A stretch of 64,000 bases of DNA from a virus. Position numbers and translations under genes: made by a program. Shown here piece after piece: positions 1 through 8,926 of this stretch. Numbering within the stretch: the stretch's first letter is position 1; each line of letters begins with the position of its first letter. The stretch spans positions 2,258 to 66,257 of IMG/VR virus record IMGVR_UViG_3300045936_000225; one strand, written 5' to 3'. Under the pieces are notes generated by a model. The model was given only the letters and a program-made list of their open reading frames with translations, was not told where the DNA came from and did no database searches.

Positions 1-40
1 CGACTACTTCCCGAATCTGAACTACGTCTTCGATCCGGAG

Positions 41-517
41 ATGTATCATCGCGGCGAGATGCACCCGATCTATCCTCCGGAATCTCGATTCTCCAATCTC
101 GATGAGCAAGTTGAGCAGCTGCTCGAGCAGCACTCGCACAAGTTTGCAGACGAGGATCGGGCCAGGATCAACAAGGCGCAAGCAGATTTCCGCGCAGAGC
201 TCGCGCGCTATAACGAGGCGCAGGAGTTCCGCGACAGCTACGATCCTGATGTCACCGATCCGAACGAAGTGATCAGTCAGTATGAGCAGATGGACATCGA
301 CGATCTCGTCGGGTCGCAGTTGGCGAAGTATAAAGAGGCTGTGCTCGATGCTGAACGCAATGCTAGGCATGCTCGCGGCGACTCGATGCGCATGCCAGTT
401 GTCGACTTCGTCGATGAATTCCGCAATCGCGTGAAGAAGTATGGCTTCCCGCTGTTCAATGCTGCCGGAGCTGCGCTTCTCGCGCCATGGGATGCTCCCG
501 AGGAAGAAGGCTTCTAG
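41..517 (+). CDS. hypothetical protein, possibly small terminase subunit. The ORF is open to the window start, so the true start may lie upstream of position 1.
   Basis: Reading frame is open from nt 2. It sits immediately upstream of the large-terminase gene. No diagnostic motif was recognised. Confidence 0.4.
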   Translation: MYHRGEMHPIYPPESRFSNLDEQVEQLLEQHSHKFADEDRARINKAQADFRAELARYNEAQEFRDSYDPDVTDPNEVISQYEQMDIDDLVGSQLAKYKEAVLDAERNARHARGDSMRMPVVDFVDEFRNRVKKYGFPLFNAAGAALLAPWDAPEEEGF

Positions 518-520
518 TGA

Positions 521-2101
521 ATGTCGGCCTCTGATAGCGAAGTCCCGTCACACGACCAGGTTTCAGAAGCTGCGATTGAGCAGCTTATGCATTTGGAGGA
601 CGAGGAGCTTGCGTTATTGCAGGCTCAGATGGCGTGGCGCCGCACGGCACGCGTCAAGCAGCTCCCTCCTGACCAGTGGCCGTTGTCTTTCGAGTATCGC
701 GGCGTCAAGGGTCCACGAGACTGGCGCATCTGGGGGCTGCGCTCAGGCCGAGGATTCGGCAAAACTCGCAGTGCAGCGGAGTGGCTCTGGCCTGAAGCTG
801 TCCTCGATCCCGGCTCGTACAATTTCGTCATCGCTCCCACATTCTCTGACGTCCAGATGACCTGTTTCCAGGGCGATTCTGGGCTTTTGAACTGCATTCC
901 CGCTGAATTGCTGCTCGACTACAGCAAAACGAATCTCGTGGCGCATGTTTGGACGGGTGAGGAGCCTTCGGAATTGCGAGGTTTTCCTGCCGAAACGCCT
1001 GAGCGTCTGCGCGGCCCGCAGTCAACACGAGTGTGGGCCGACGAGGTTGCGTCCTGGAACGACGCGCAAGAGTGCTGGGACATGATGCGTTTCGGTCTCC
1101 GCTTGGGAGACGTCAACAGAATCTGCTGGACAGGCACTCCAAAGCCGAAACCGTTCGTCCGTTCGCTGGTCGAGGACAAGGATCCGCTGACATTCGTTAT
1201 CCAGGCCAGCACTTACGACAATCGAGCGCACCTTTCGAAGACGTTTTTCGAGAGTTTGACCAAGTATGAAGGCACGACAATCGGTCGCCAGGAGCTGGAA
1301 GGCGAGCTTCTGAACCCTGAAGAGGCAGGTATCGTCAAACGCAGCCAGTTTCGCCTCTGGCCGCTCGACAAGCCAATCCCGATCTTCGACTTCATCATCT
1401 ACTCGTTGGATACTGCGTTCACGGAGCGCAGTTTTGACCGCAAAGAGATCAAAGCCGACCCTTCGGCGTGCTCCGTCTGGGGCCTGTTCCATTACGAAGA
1501 GCGCGGTGCGGTCATTCACGCTGTGATGCTGCTCGATGCATGGTCAGATTACCTGTCCTTGCCTGAGCTGACTCGCAAGGTCATGAAGGAGAAGGGCTTC
1601 CACTACGGTGCAAGCACCAAACTGGCTGGTCGCGGCACCATTCTTGAGCCTCAGCGAGCCATGCCCGGCACTGGCCGCAAGAGCGACCTGATCATCATTG
1701 AGGAAAAGGGTTCAGGAATCAGCCTTCGCCAGCAGTTGGCTTCACAGAAGATCTTCACTCATCCGTACAACCCTGGTCGCGCTGACAAATTGTCTCGCTT
1801 GCACACGATTTCGCCGTTCTATGCGCATGGCCGCGTGTGGGTGCCTGAGTCGGAGAAGAATCCTGGGCATGCGAAGAGCTGGGCTGAGGGCTTGATCAGC
1901 CAAGTTTGCTCGTTCGTAGGGCCTGGATCGGTGGAACACGACGACTATGTCGATTCCACAACGCAGGCGCTCCGGTACATCATGGACAATCTCCAGATCG
2001 ACTTCGCGACGCCAGTCAAGAAGTTTAGCGACCGCGATCGCAACGACAAGTTGGCGGAAGTGGAGGCTGAACTCAACGCCAAGCGCAACCCTTACGGATA
2101 A
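521..2101 (+). CDS. terminase large subunit (ATPase + nuclease)
   Basis: Walker A-like SGRGFGKT, Walker B-like WADEVASW, and a C-terminal acidic nuclease-type region (YSLDTAF ... DDYVDSTT). It lies directly upstream of the portal gene. Confidence 0.8.
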   Translation: MSASDSEVPSHDQVSEAAIEQLMHLEDEELALLQAQMAWRRTARVKQLPPDQWPLSFEYRGVKGPRDWRIWGLRSGRGFGKTRSAAEWLWPEAVLDPGSYNFVIAPTFSDVQMTCFQGDSGLLNCIPAELLLDYSKTNLVAHVWTGEEPSELRGFPAETPERLRGPQSTRVWADEVASWNDAQECWDMMRFGLRLGDVNRICWTGTPKPKPFVRSLVEDKDPLTFVIQASTYDNRAHLSKTFFESLTKYEGTTIGRQELEGELLNPEEAGIVKRSQFRLWPLDKPIPIFDFIIYSLDTAFTERSFDRKEIKADPSACSVWGLFHYEERGAVIHAVMLLDAWSDYLSLPELTRKVMKEKGFHYGASTKLAGRGTILEPQRAMPGTGRKSDLIIIEEKGSGISLRQQLASQKIFTHPYNPGRADKLSRLHTISPFYAHGRVWVPESEKNPGHAKSWAEGLISQVCSFVGPGSVEHDDYVDSTTQALRYIMDNLQIDFATPVKKFSDRDRNDKLAEVEAELNAKRNPYG

Positions 2102-2108
2102 CACACGC

Positions 2109-2137
2109 TTTACGGCAACAACCCCACGCGTTATAGT
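2109..2137 (+). promoter_or_regulatory. sigma70-like promoter: TTTACG - 17 nt - TATAGT, within the conserved motif GCTTTACGGCA
   Basis: Same 11-mer and -10 arrangement recur at 7644, 11918 and 59900 (- strand); CTTTAC variants at 24074 and 60033. Confidence 0.5.
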
Positions 2138-2185
2138 ACACTTCTCTGGCACGCTATCCGATCCACTTAGAAGAAAGGGCATCCC

Positions 2186-2530
2186 TTGGCCGCACCAACC
2201 GCTCCGACACGTCCCGCCGTTCCCGCTGCTCCTGCAAAGCCTGCCGCCCCTGCTGCGAAGGCGACCGCCCCGGATGAGCTGACGGAGATGAAGGGCGATC
2301 TCGCAGCGATCTCACGCGCGCTCAAGTGCATCGGCAACTGCGCCTTCCCAGGCGCGATGTCCGGCCCGGTGGCCAACACGATGCAGGTGCTAGGGTCCGT
2401 CGAGCAGGAGCTGCAGAAGCAGGTCGCGATGAGGGAACAGGGAGCTACGCAAAAGTCCGCCTCGCCGGCAGCGTCGCCTCAGTCTCCTGGTGCATCTGGC
2501 GCTGCAGCTCCTGCTCAGGCGGGCCGGTGA
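2186..2530 (+). CDS. hypothetical Ala/Pro-rich protein (TTG start)
   Basis: ORF has a AAAGGG Shine-Dalgarno 8 nt upstream of the TTG. N-terminus is low-complexity and A/P-rich. Confidence 0.3.
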   Translation: MAAPTAPTRPAVPAAPAKPAAPAAKATAPDELTEMKGDLAAISRALKCIGNCAFPGAMSGPVANTMQVLGSVEQELQKQVAMREQGATQKSASPAASPQSPGASGAAAPAQAGR

Positions 2531-2589
2531 CGGAGGCTCCCGACTCGCGGCTGTCAGCAGGGAGTTATGCTCCCGGCACTGCGCCGCGA

Positions 2590-2847
2590 GTGTTGCTGGA
2601 TGACATCGAGAAGCTGATCCAGAAGGAAGATTACATCGTCCATGGGACGCTGACGATCTGCATTCTGGAGGTGAAGAACGGCACGCTGGTGACTGGCGAA
2701 GCTGCCTGCGTGTATCCGGAGAACTACGACTCCAAGGTCGGCTTGAAGGTTTCACGAGAGAAGGCAATCGCGAAGCTGTTCGCTCTGGAAGGCTACCTGC
2801 TGGCAGAGCGCCGTTTCAGCGAGCAGAAGTACCTCTCAGGCGGTTGA
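2590..2847 (+). CDS. hypothetical protein (start uncertain; GTG at 2590 proposed)
   Basis: Only the C-terminal ~85 aa of track ORF 2326..2847 look protein-like (LLDDIEKLIQKEDYIVHGTLTICILEVKNG...). The N-terminal part of that ORF overlaps 2186..2530 and looks like off-frame GC-rich noise. Confidence 0.3.
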   Translation: MLLDDIEKLIQKEDYIVHGTLTICILEVKNGTLVTGEAACVYPENYDSKVGLKVSREKAIAKLFALEGYLLAERRFSEQKYLSGG

Positions 2848-2850
2848 TCG

Positions 2851-5508
2851 ATGCCCATCACGAGCCTTCCTGGCGCTCCTGACGACTCTGCCGAGGCAGA
2901 ATTGCCGGAGGCGTCTGTCGAGTCACTGGAACCGCCTCCAGAAGAGGTCGTGACTGACACCGACGATGGCGGCGCCATCATCACGACGGAAGACGATCCC
3001 ACCGGCGACATCTCCACGGATGACTGGTTCAAGAACCTCGCCGATGAGCTGCCAGCGGACAAGATTTCGCTGTTCACCTCCGAGCTCGTGGAGCTGATCG
3101 ATGCAGACAAAGAGTCTCGCAAAGAATTCGATGAGATGTACGCCGAGGGCATCAAGCGCACTGGTCTTGGCGGTGATGCTCCGGGTGGCGCCACTTTCCA
3201 AGGAGCCAGTCGCGTCGTCCATCCCATGCTTTCGAAGGCCGCTATTGACTACAACAGCCGCGCCATGGGTGAACTCTTCCCTGCAGGCGGCGAAATCGTC
3301 CGTGATCAAGTCCTCGGCCAATCGGATGACTACGACTTCAATCCGAAAGATGATACCCAGAAGGCGCTAGGCGAAGTCGCCAAACCGCAGCTGTCGTATG
3401 CTGAGCGCTGCGACAAGGCTGTCCGCATCAAGAATTTGATGAATTGGCAGTTGGTCCACCAGGTTCCGGAGTTCCGGCTGGAAATGGACAAGCTGCTGAC
3501 CCAGACGCCACTTTCCGGCAGTCAGTTCCTGTTCTTCTCGTGGGATGAGCGCAGAAAGCGCCCGACTTGCCGATACTGGCCGACAGACCATGTCTGGTTC
3601 GACTACGGCTCTCCGAGCTACAACATCTCCGAGCGCCTGACTCTCGCTGAAGAGATCACGCACGTCGAGTTCAAGCGTCGTGTGCGGCGAGGCGAATATT
3701 GGCTGCCGAATGGGCTCAACGAGCTTCCTGGCAGCCCGATGCCGAAGCTCGAGACGGAAGCCGACAAGGCGACTGACAAAGCGCAGGGTGTCAAGCCGAC
3801 CTGGAATATCAAGGCCGGCTTCCATTTGATGGCTCGCTGCTACTGCTATCTCGATCTGGAAGACGCATACGAGGAAGCTCCGTATTGCGTCATCCTGGAC
3901 CTTGCCAACGATCGCATCGTCAGCGTCGTTCGCAACTGGGAGCAGGAAGACGAGGCGAAGGAACCGCTCACCTGGGCGAATGAAGTGCCCTTCTTGCCGT
4001 GGCGCGGCGCTCTCACCCTCGGCCTGATCCAGTTCATCGGTTCACTGGCTGGCGCATCGACCGGCGCTGCACGAGCCCTGCTGGACGCTGCGCACATCAA
4101 CAACTTCCCGGCGATCCTCAAGCTGAAGGGCGCCAATTTCGTCGGCCAGACGCAGACTGCTCAGGCCACAGGCATCACGGAAGTCGAAGGCGGAGTCGCC
4201 AACGACGCCGACATCCGCAAGATGATGATGCCGATTCCGTACAATCCTCCGTCGCCGGTCCTGTACCAGCTGCTTGGCTGGGCGAGCGACGAGGGGTCCA
4301 GCTTCGTTCAGATGGCCATCAAGGACCTTGCTGAAGGCAAGCGTGACATGCCAGTTGGCACCACGCTGGCTCTGATCGAGCAGGGTCTGAAGACCATGTC
4401 TGGCATCCACTCGCGGCTCCACAACGCGATGGCTCAGATCCTGAAGACCGTCTACCGGCTCAACAGGATGTACATCACGGACGAGGAGATTCGCAACGAA
4501 GCTGGCGTTCTGCTAGCTCGCCGTAGCGATTTCCAGGGTCCGATGGATGTGGTGCCGATCAGCGATCCGGAAGTGTTCTCGGATGCTCAGCGCTTTGCGC
4601 AGCTCCAGATCATCGCCGATCGCTCGGCCGCGATGCCGCAGCTGTACAAGCTGCGCAACGTCGAGGAGATGATTCTGTCGCGATCTCGCATTCCGAATGC
4701 GAAGTCGCTGCTGATCGATCCTCCGGAGCCGACCGAACAGAATGCCGTCACGGAGAATCTCCGGATGGCGATGGGCCAGCCTTGCGCTGTGTTCCCGCAT
4801 CAGGATCACTTGGCCCACTTGCAGGTGCTGCTCGACTTCACGATCGAGCCGATGCTTGGTGCCAATCCGCTGATCGCGCCGAAGTTCCTACCGCATGCCA
4901 TGCAGCACATCGCCGATCATATCGTGATGTGGTATGCGAATCAATTTGATTCCGTCATGACGCCTGCGATGCGCGACGAGTTCGGCGACGTGAACGTCCA
5001 AGAGGCATGGGACGAGAAGGACGAGGAAGTTCGCTCGGAGCTGGACAAGCTGTACGCAACTGCCTCACCGAAGATCACTGCGATGATGGCAGACAAGTTC
5101 TCCAAGCTGCCTCCGATCATCCAGAAGGCTCAGGCGCTGATGCAGCAGTACATGCCGCCGCAGCCGATGGACCCGTCGCAGGCCACGATCCAGGCGAAGC
5201 AGATGGACGTTCAGGCGAAGAAGGCTGCCGACGACGTCAAGTTGCAGACCACGCAGCTCCACGAAGTCGCAGAAAGCGAGCGCAATACCCAGGACAACCA
5301 GACCAAGCTGGAGATCGCTGGCTGGGAAGTTCAGCTCGCTCAGCAACAGAACGAGCAGAATGCTGTGGACGCCGAGAACGACCGCGTGGCCGACGAGAAC
5401 AATTCCGAGCGCGATCGGCAGGCAAATGCCGAAAACGCAGACAAAGACCGAAAGGCCAGTGGCGGCGGCGGGCCGAACATGACGAATGGAGACCTCTCCG
5501 GAGGCTAA
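2851..5508 (+). CDS. portal protein (large, with coiled-coil C-terminus)
   Basis: 885 aa, directly after the terminase. Acidic N-terminus and a Q/E/N-rich coiled-coil C-terminus. The call rests on position and size. Confidence 0.6.
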   Translation: MPITSLPGAPDDSAEAELPEASVESLEPPPEEVVTDTDDGGAIITTEDDPTGDISTDDWFKNLADELPADKISLFTSELVELIDADKESRKEFDEMYAEGIKRTGLGGDAPGGATFQGASRVVHPMLSKAAIDYNSRAMGELFPAGGEIVRDQVLGQSDDYDFNPKDDTQKALGEVAKPQLSYAERCDKAVRIKNLMNWQLVHQVPEFRLEMDKLLTQTPLSGSQFLFFSWDERRKRPTCRYWPTDHVWFDYGSPSYNISERLTLAEEITHVEFKRRVRRGEYWLPNGLNELPGSPMPKLETEADKATDKAQGVKPTWNIKAGFHLMARCYCYLDLEDAYEEAPYCVILDLANDRIVSVVRNWEQEDEAKEPLTWANEVPFLPWRGALTLGLIQFIGSLAGASTGAARALLDAAHINNFPAILKLKGANFVGQTQTAQATGITEVEGGVANDADIRKMMMPIPYNPPSPVLYQLLGWASDEGSSFVQMAIKDLAEGKRDMPVGTTLALIEQGLKTMSGIHSRLHNAMAQILKTVYRLNRMYITDEEIRNEAGVLLARRSDFQGPMDVVPISDPEVFSDAQRFAQLQIIADRSAAMPQLYKLRNVEEMILSRSRIPNAKSLLIDPPEPTEQNAVTENLRMAMGQPCAVFPHQDHLAHLQVLLDFTIEPMLGANPLIAPKFLPHAMQHIADHIVMWYANQFDSVMTPAMRDEFGDVNVQEAWDEKDEEVRSELDKLYATASPKITAMMADKFSKLPPIIQKAQALMQQYMPPQPMDPSQATIQAKQMDVQAKKAADDVKLQTTQLHEVAESERNTQDNQTKLEIAGWEVQLAQQQNEQNAVDAENDRVADENNSERDRQANAENADKDRKASGGGGPNMTNGDLSGG

Positions 5509-5518
5509 AGGATTTCTC

Positions 5519-5896
5519 GTGCGCGAGCTTCAGAGTCACAGAGTCAATCCGGCGAACGACAAGCTTCGCATTCTCGTGATGGACGGACCCGGTTCTGGCG
5601 GCGCCAACCACGAATATCGCATCCTGAAACCGCACCACAAAGAAGGTTGCGAAGATGTCGTTGCCGTCGACATCTCATTTCAGAATGGCCCGATCGCAGA
5701 AGTTGGCGTCAATGGCGTCACGCACGAGGCGCTGCTGGCCATTCTCATCGACCGGCTGATGTCATTCCAGATGAGTCCGTATGCATGTCAAGAGAATGAC
5801 ATGGCTCTGCAGCGACTTCTGGATGCGCAGCACTGGCTCAAGTATCGCACACTGCTGCGTATGCATCGCGGCGTGGAAGGCACGCGCACGCTGTGA
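5519..5896 (+). CDS. hypothetical protein (head module)
   Basis: GTG start with a AAAGGA Shine-Dalgarno 7 nt upstream. Protein-like composition. Confidence 0.45.
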   Translation: MRELQSHRVNPANDKLRILVMDGPGSGGANHEYRILKPHHKEGCEDVVAVDISFQNGPIAEVGVNGVTHEALLAILIDRLMSFQMSPYACQENDMALQRLLDAQHWLKYRTLLRMHRGVEGTRTL

Positions 5897-6135
5897 GCCG
5901 GGCAGTTGACGTAGAAGCCCTGATTCGGCGAATTGATCAGGAGATCACGTCCTACAGCGTTGAGGCGCTGGCGACTCAGCCCAATACAGGCAATGAAGCA
6001 TATACGCTCGGACGCCACTCTGGAGTGACGCTTGGGCTTCGAATGACCAAAGACATCATCGCAAGGATGATAAAGGAATCGGACGATGAGCGGCGACCTC
6101 AAATCGGTGTCCCCACGCAAGGCCGTGCCTATTGA
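5893..6135 (+). CDS. small hypothetical protein. The 3' end overlaps the next gene by 50 nt, so the stop is doubtful.
   Basis: GTGA start/stop overlap with the previous gene. Confidence 0.25.
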   Translation: MSRAVDVEALIRRIDQEITSYSVEALATQPNTGNEAYTLGRHSGVTLGLRMTKDIIARMIKESDDERRPQIGVPTQGRAY

Positions 6136-6547
6136 AAGCGGATATGTCAACCTGGAAGAAGCCTTCCCGGTCGTCAATCCGAATTTCATCCCGGTCGGCA
6201 ACAAGATTCTTCTGCAGATTCGCACCCCGAAGAAGAAGTCTTCCGGCGGCATCCTGCTAGTAGAAGAGACTCGCGAAGTCGACAAGTGGCAGTCTCAGGT
6301 CGCCAAGGTGATCACCCTCGGTCCTGTGGCGTTCTGCAATCGTAATTCGCTGGAGAAGTGGCCGGAAGGCGAATGGTGCAATCCTGGTCAGTTCGTTCGG
6401 GTGCCGCTGTATGGCGGCGACCGCTGGTATCAGAAGATCAATCCGGATGACGTGAACTCAGACGAGGCAATCTTCCTGGTCATCAAGGACACCGACGTCA
6501 TCGGGGTTGTGCCAGATCCGCTGAGTGTCATCGCATTCATCAACTAG
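6086..6547 (+). CDS. groS: GroES/Cpn10-like co-chaperonin (T4 gp31-like role?)
   Basis: Mobile-loop motif KKKSSGGILLVEE aligns with GroES KSAGGIVL. N-terminal PVGNKILLQI and C-terminal IFLVIKDTDVIGVV match the GroES beta-barrel pattern. An insertion is present. AAGGAA Shine-Dalgarno. Confidence 0.6.
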   Translation: MSGDLKSVSPRKAVPIESGYVNLEEAFPVVNPNFIPVGNKILLQIRTPKKKSSGGILLVEETREVDKWQSQVAKVITLGPVAFCNRNSLEKWPEGEWCNPGQFVRVPLYGGDRWYQKINPDDVNSDEAIFLVIKDTDVIGVVPDPLSVIAFIN

Positions 6548-6566
6548 TGCACTTCAGGAGCGCGCT

Positions 6567-7628
6567 GTGAGCAAAGAAACGGAAGAGAAGAAAGAGGAAG
6601 AGCTGGTTGTCGTCGAGGACGCGCCTGCTGCCGAAGACAAGAAGCCGGAGGAAGAGAAGAAGCCTGCGGCCGAAGCGTCGGATGATGACGAGGACGATGA
6701 CGAGGAAGACGAGAAGGAGCCTGCCGAAGAAGGCGACGCTCGTGCGGCTACCGACGCTGACGCTGACAACGAGGCTGGTCGCCAGAAGAAGCGCAAGACC
6801 TCGAAGGAGCGTCGCGCTCGTCAGAGGGCATACGCGGAGCGTCGTGAACGCGAGCTGAACTACTACGCCAGTCGCAATGCGGTTCTGGAGAAGCAGGTCG
6901 CCGAGATCGACAAGCGCCAGCGCCGTTCGGAAGGCATCACCATCGGCCAGGCCATCAGCCACGTCGACGCGCAGATCAAAGAAGCCGAGCGGCTGGAAGC
7001 CGAGGCGATCGAAGCGAAGAAAGGGCCAGAAGCCGTCGAGGCTCGCAGCATCCGAGAATCTCTGATGGGCAAGCGCGAGCGCCTGGTCGCTGCCGCCGAA
7101 CGTGCCAAGCAGCCGCCGCCAGACACCAGCTCGACGACTCCGCCTCCGGAAATGCAGGCGGCCATGGACTGGATCGGCCGCAACAAGACGTGGTACGATC
7201 CGAAGGGTCGTGACGAGGACTCGGCACTCGCTCAGACGATCGAAGATCGGATGACTCGCGAAGGCAAGTTCAATCCTGCCACGGACGAGTTCTGGGAAGA
7301 GCTTGACAGACGCTTGCAGGCGCGTGGCGTGGGTAAGCGTACCAAAGCCGGCGTGCAAGACGCTGACGATGATGACGCCGACGATGAAGTCGAGGTCGAG
7401 GCCGAGGAAAAGCCTGCAGCGAAGGCTGCAGCCAAGCCTCCTGCGAAGAAGCCGTCTGGCGGTCCTCGGGTCACTGTGAACGGCAGTCAGCGCAGCCTCA
7501 AGGCGAACGAGGTCTATGTCAGCCCTGAGCGCAAGGCTGCGATGATCGAGGCCGGCGTCTGGGATGACCCTGTGTCGCGACAGCGCGTCCTTCGCAACTA
7601 CCAGGAATACGATCGAAACCACAAGTAA
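6567..7628 (+). CDS. scaffolding protein (acidic, coiled-coil)
   Basis: AGGAG Shine-Dalgarno 6 nt upstream of the GTG. D/E/K-rich N-terminus, coiled-coil middle, and a position between portal and capsid genes. Confidence 0.55.
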   Translation: MSKETEEKKEEELVVVEDAPAAEDKKPEEEKKPAAEASDDDEDDDEEDEKEPAEEGDARAATDADADNEAGRQKKRKTSKERRARQRAYAERRERELNYYASRNAVLEKQVAEIDKRQRRSEGITIGQAISHVDAQIKEAERLEAEAIEAKKGPEAVEARSIRESLMGKRERLVAAAERAKQPPPDTSSTTPPPEMQAAMDWIGRNKTWYDPKGRDEDSALAQTIEDRMTREGKFNPATDEFWEELDRRLQARGVGKRTKAGVQDADDDDADDEVEVEAEEKPAAKAAAKPPAKKPSGGPRVTVNGSQRSLKANEVYVSPERKAAMIEAGVWDDPVSRQRVLRNYQEYDRNHK

Positions 7629-7643
7629 GCGATCACAAGTCCT

Positions 7644-7671
7644 TTACGGCACCGCTGCGCTACTATATACT
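7644..7671 (+). promoter_or_regulatory. promoter copy B: GCTTTACGGCA ... TATACT
   Basis: cctttacggcaccgctgcgctactatatact, followed by a AAGGAA Shine-Dalgarno and ATG 7698. Confidence 0.5.
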
Positions 7672-7697
7672 CAATTCACAGTAAGGAATGGCCCAAG

Positions 7698-8264
7698 ATG
7701 GCTAAACAACTGACAAATGAACTTCGTGGCAGTCTGGATGAGGTCCGTGATACGGATGTAGGCGATCTGCGCTCCGACCATGAGTCGGAGGACCGCGCCT
7801 TGACCGAAGATCACGAGATGTCTGACGAGATGCGCCTTGACTTGCTGCGCGGTTCCGCGCAGGGAATGGTCCTTCCGAACTTGCCTGCTATCGACGGCTT
7901 CCACACGTGCTGGCTGTCGACCACGAATTCGCAAGACCCGATTCATCGCCGCATGCAGTTGGGCTACAAGCCCATCAAGCCGAGCGAGATTCCTGGTTTC
8001 GCGTTCGAGAGCATCAAGTCCGGTGAGTGGGCGGGCTGTGTCGGCGTCAACGAGATGATCGCCTTCAAGCTGCCGCTGCGCCTCTACAACGAGTATATGA
8101 AGGAGATGCACCACCGCGCCCCGTTGCGCGAAGAGGAAGGCATCAACGCCATATACGCAGAGGCTGAGCGACAGGCGAAGCAGATCAACAACCAGGCGCA
8201 GCTGCTGACTGACGAGGGCCGTTTCCGCGTGGGCCAAAACATTCCCGAGCCAGATTTCGTGTAG
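7698..8264 (+). CDS. hypothetical head-module protein
   Basis: AAGGAA Shine-Dalgarno. No recognisable protease motif. Confidence 0.5.
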   Translation: MAKQLTNELRGSLDEVRDTDVGDLRSDHESEDRALTEDHEMSDEMRLDLLRGSAQGMVLPNLPAIDGFHTCWLSTTNSQDPIHRRMQLGYKPIKPSEIPGFAFESIKSGEWAGCVGVNEMIAFKLPLRLYNEYMKEMHHRAPLREEEGINAIYAEAERQAKQINNQAQLLTDEGRFRVGQNIPEPDFV

Positions 8265-8328
8265 CAATCGGCTGACGCCGGTTGCCCGAGTTTGGTGAGG
8301 GTGGCCTCACGAATTCAGGGGAAACGAC

Positions 8329-8913
8329 ATGAGCGCAACTCTCACGCCGTTCGGCCTGAAGCCGGCGTATCATCCCAGCGGCACAATCCGCCTGGATGAA
8401 GCGACGATCGCTTCGGGCTATGCCAGCAACATCTTCATGGGTTCGCCCGTGAAGTTCGTTACTGGCGGCGGCATCGCACTGGCTGCGGCCGGTGACAACA
8501 TCGCTGGAGTCTTCGCAGGCTGCCAGTTCACGCGTGCCGACGGCACGATCTACAACGGTCCATACTGGCCCGCTGCCTCGACCTACGTTGCCGGCACCTG
8601 CAAGGCGTACTTGCAGACCACGCTCGGCGACTCGGATGCCATCTTCGAGGTGCAGGCAAGTGCAACGCTGACGGTTGCGGCAATCGGTCGTGTGTACAGC
8701 ACGACGGCGAACGCCTCTGCCAACGGCAGCACTTCAACGGGTATGAGCGACGTACAGCTGGACGCGGCCTCCTCGGCCGGTGCCGGCATACAGCAGCTCA
8801 TGGTTGTCGGCCTTTCCAAGGCTCCTGACAACGACTGGGGGGACGCCTATCCTGTCCTGCTCGTGAAGATCGCCAAGCCGCAGATGGCGGCGTCGATCAC
8901 TTCACTCTACTAA
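8329..8913 (+). CDS. head decoration protein (lambda gpD-like)
   Basis: 194 aa, immediately upstream of the capsid gene. G/A-rich beta-strand pattern PVKFVTGGGIALAAAGDNIAGVFAG resembles gpD. Confidence 0.45.
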   Translation: MSATLTPFGLKPAYHPSGTIRLDEATIASGYASNIFMGSPVKFVTGGGIALAAAGDNIAGVFAGCQFTRADGTIYNGPYWPAASTYVAGTCKAYLQTTLGDSDAIFEVQASATLTVAAIGRVYSTTANASANGSTSTGMSDVQLDAASSAGAGIQQLMVVGLSKAPDNDWGDAYPVLLVKIAKPQMAASITSLY

Positions 8914-8926
8914 GGGAGGCGGCAAC

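Noticed and set aside
2326-2589. N-terminal 88 aa of track ORF 2326-2847
   Set aside because: It is Arg-rich and overlaps the better-supported ORF 2186-2530 out of frame. Only the C-terminal part, from ~2590, looks like a real protein.
6540-7622. 360-aa - strand ORF antisense to the scaffold gene, plus many other long antisense ORFs (e.g. 9952-10731, 11104-11892, 14731-15600, 54722-55345, 60033-61157)
   Set aside because: These are high-GC antisense open frames with Arg/Ala-rich, low-complexity translations. They overlap well-supported genes on the other strand that carry Shine-Dalgarno sequences and recognisable motifs.
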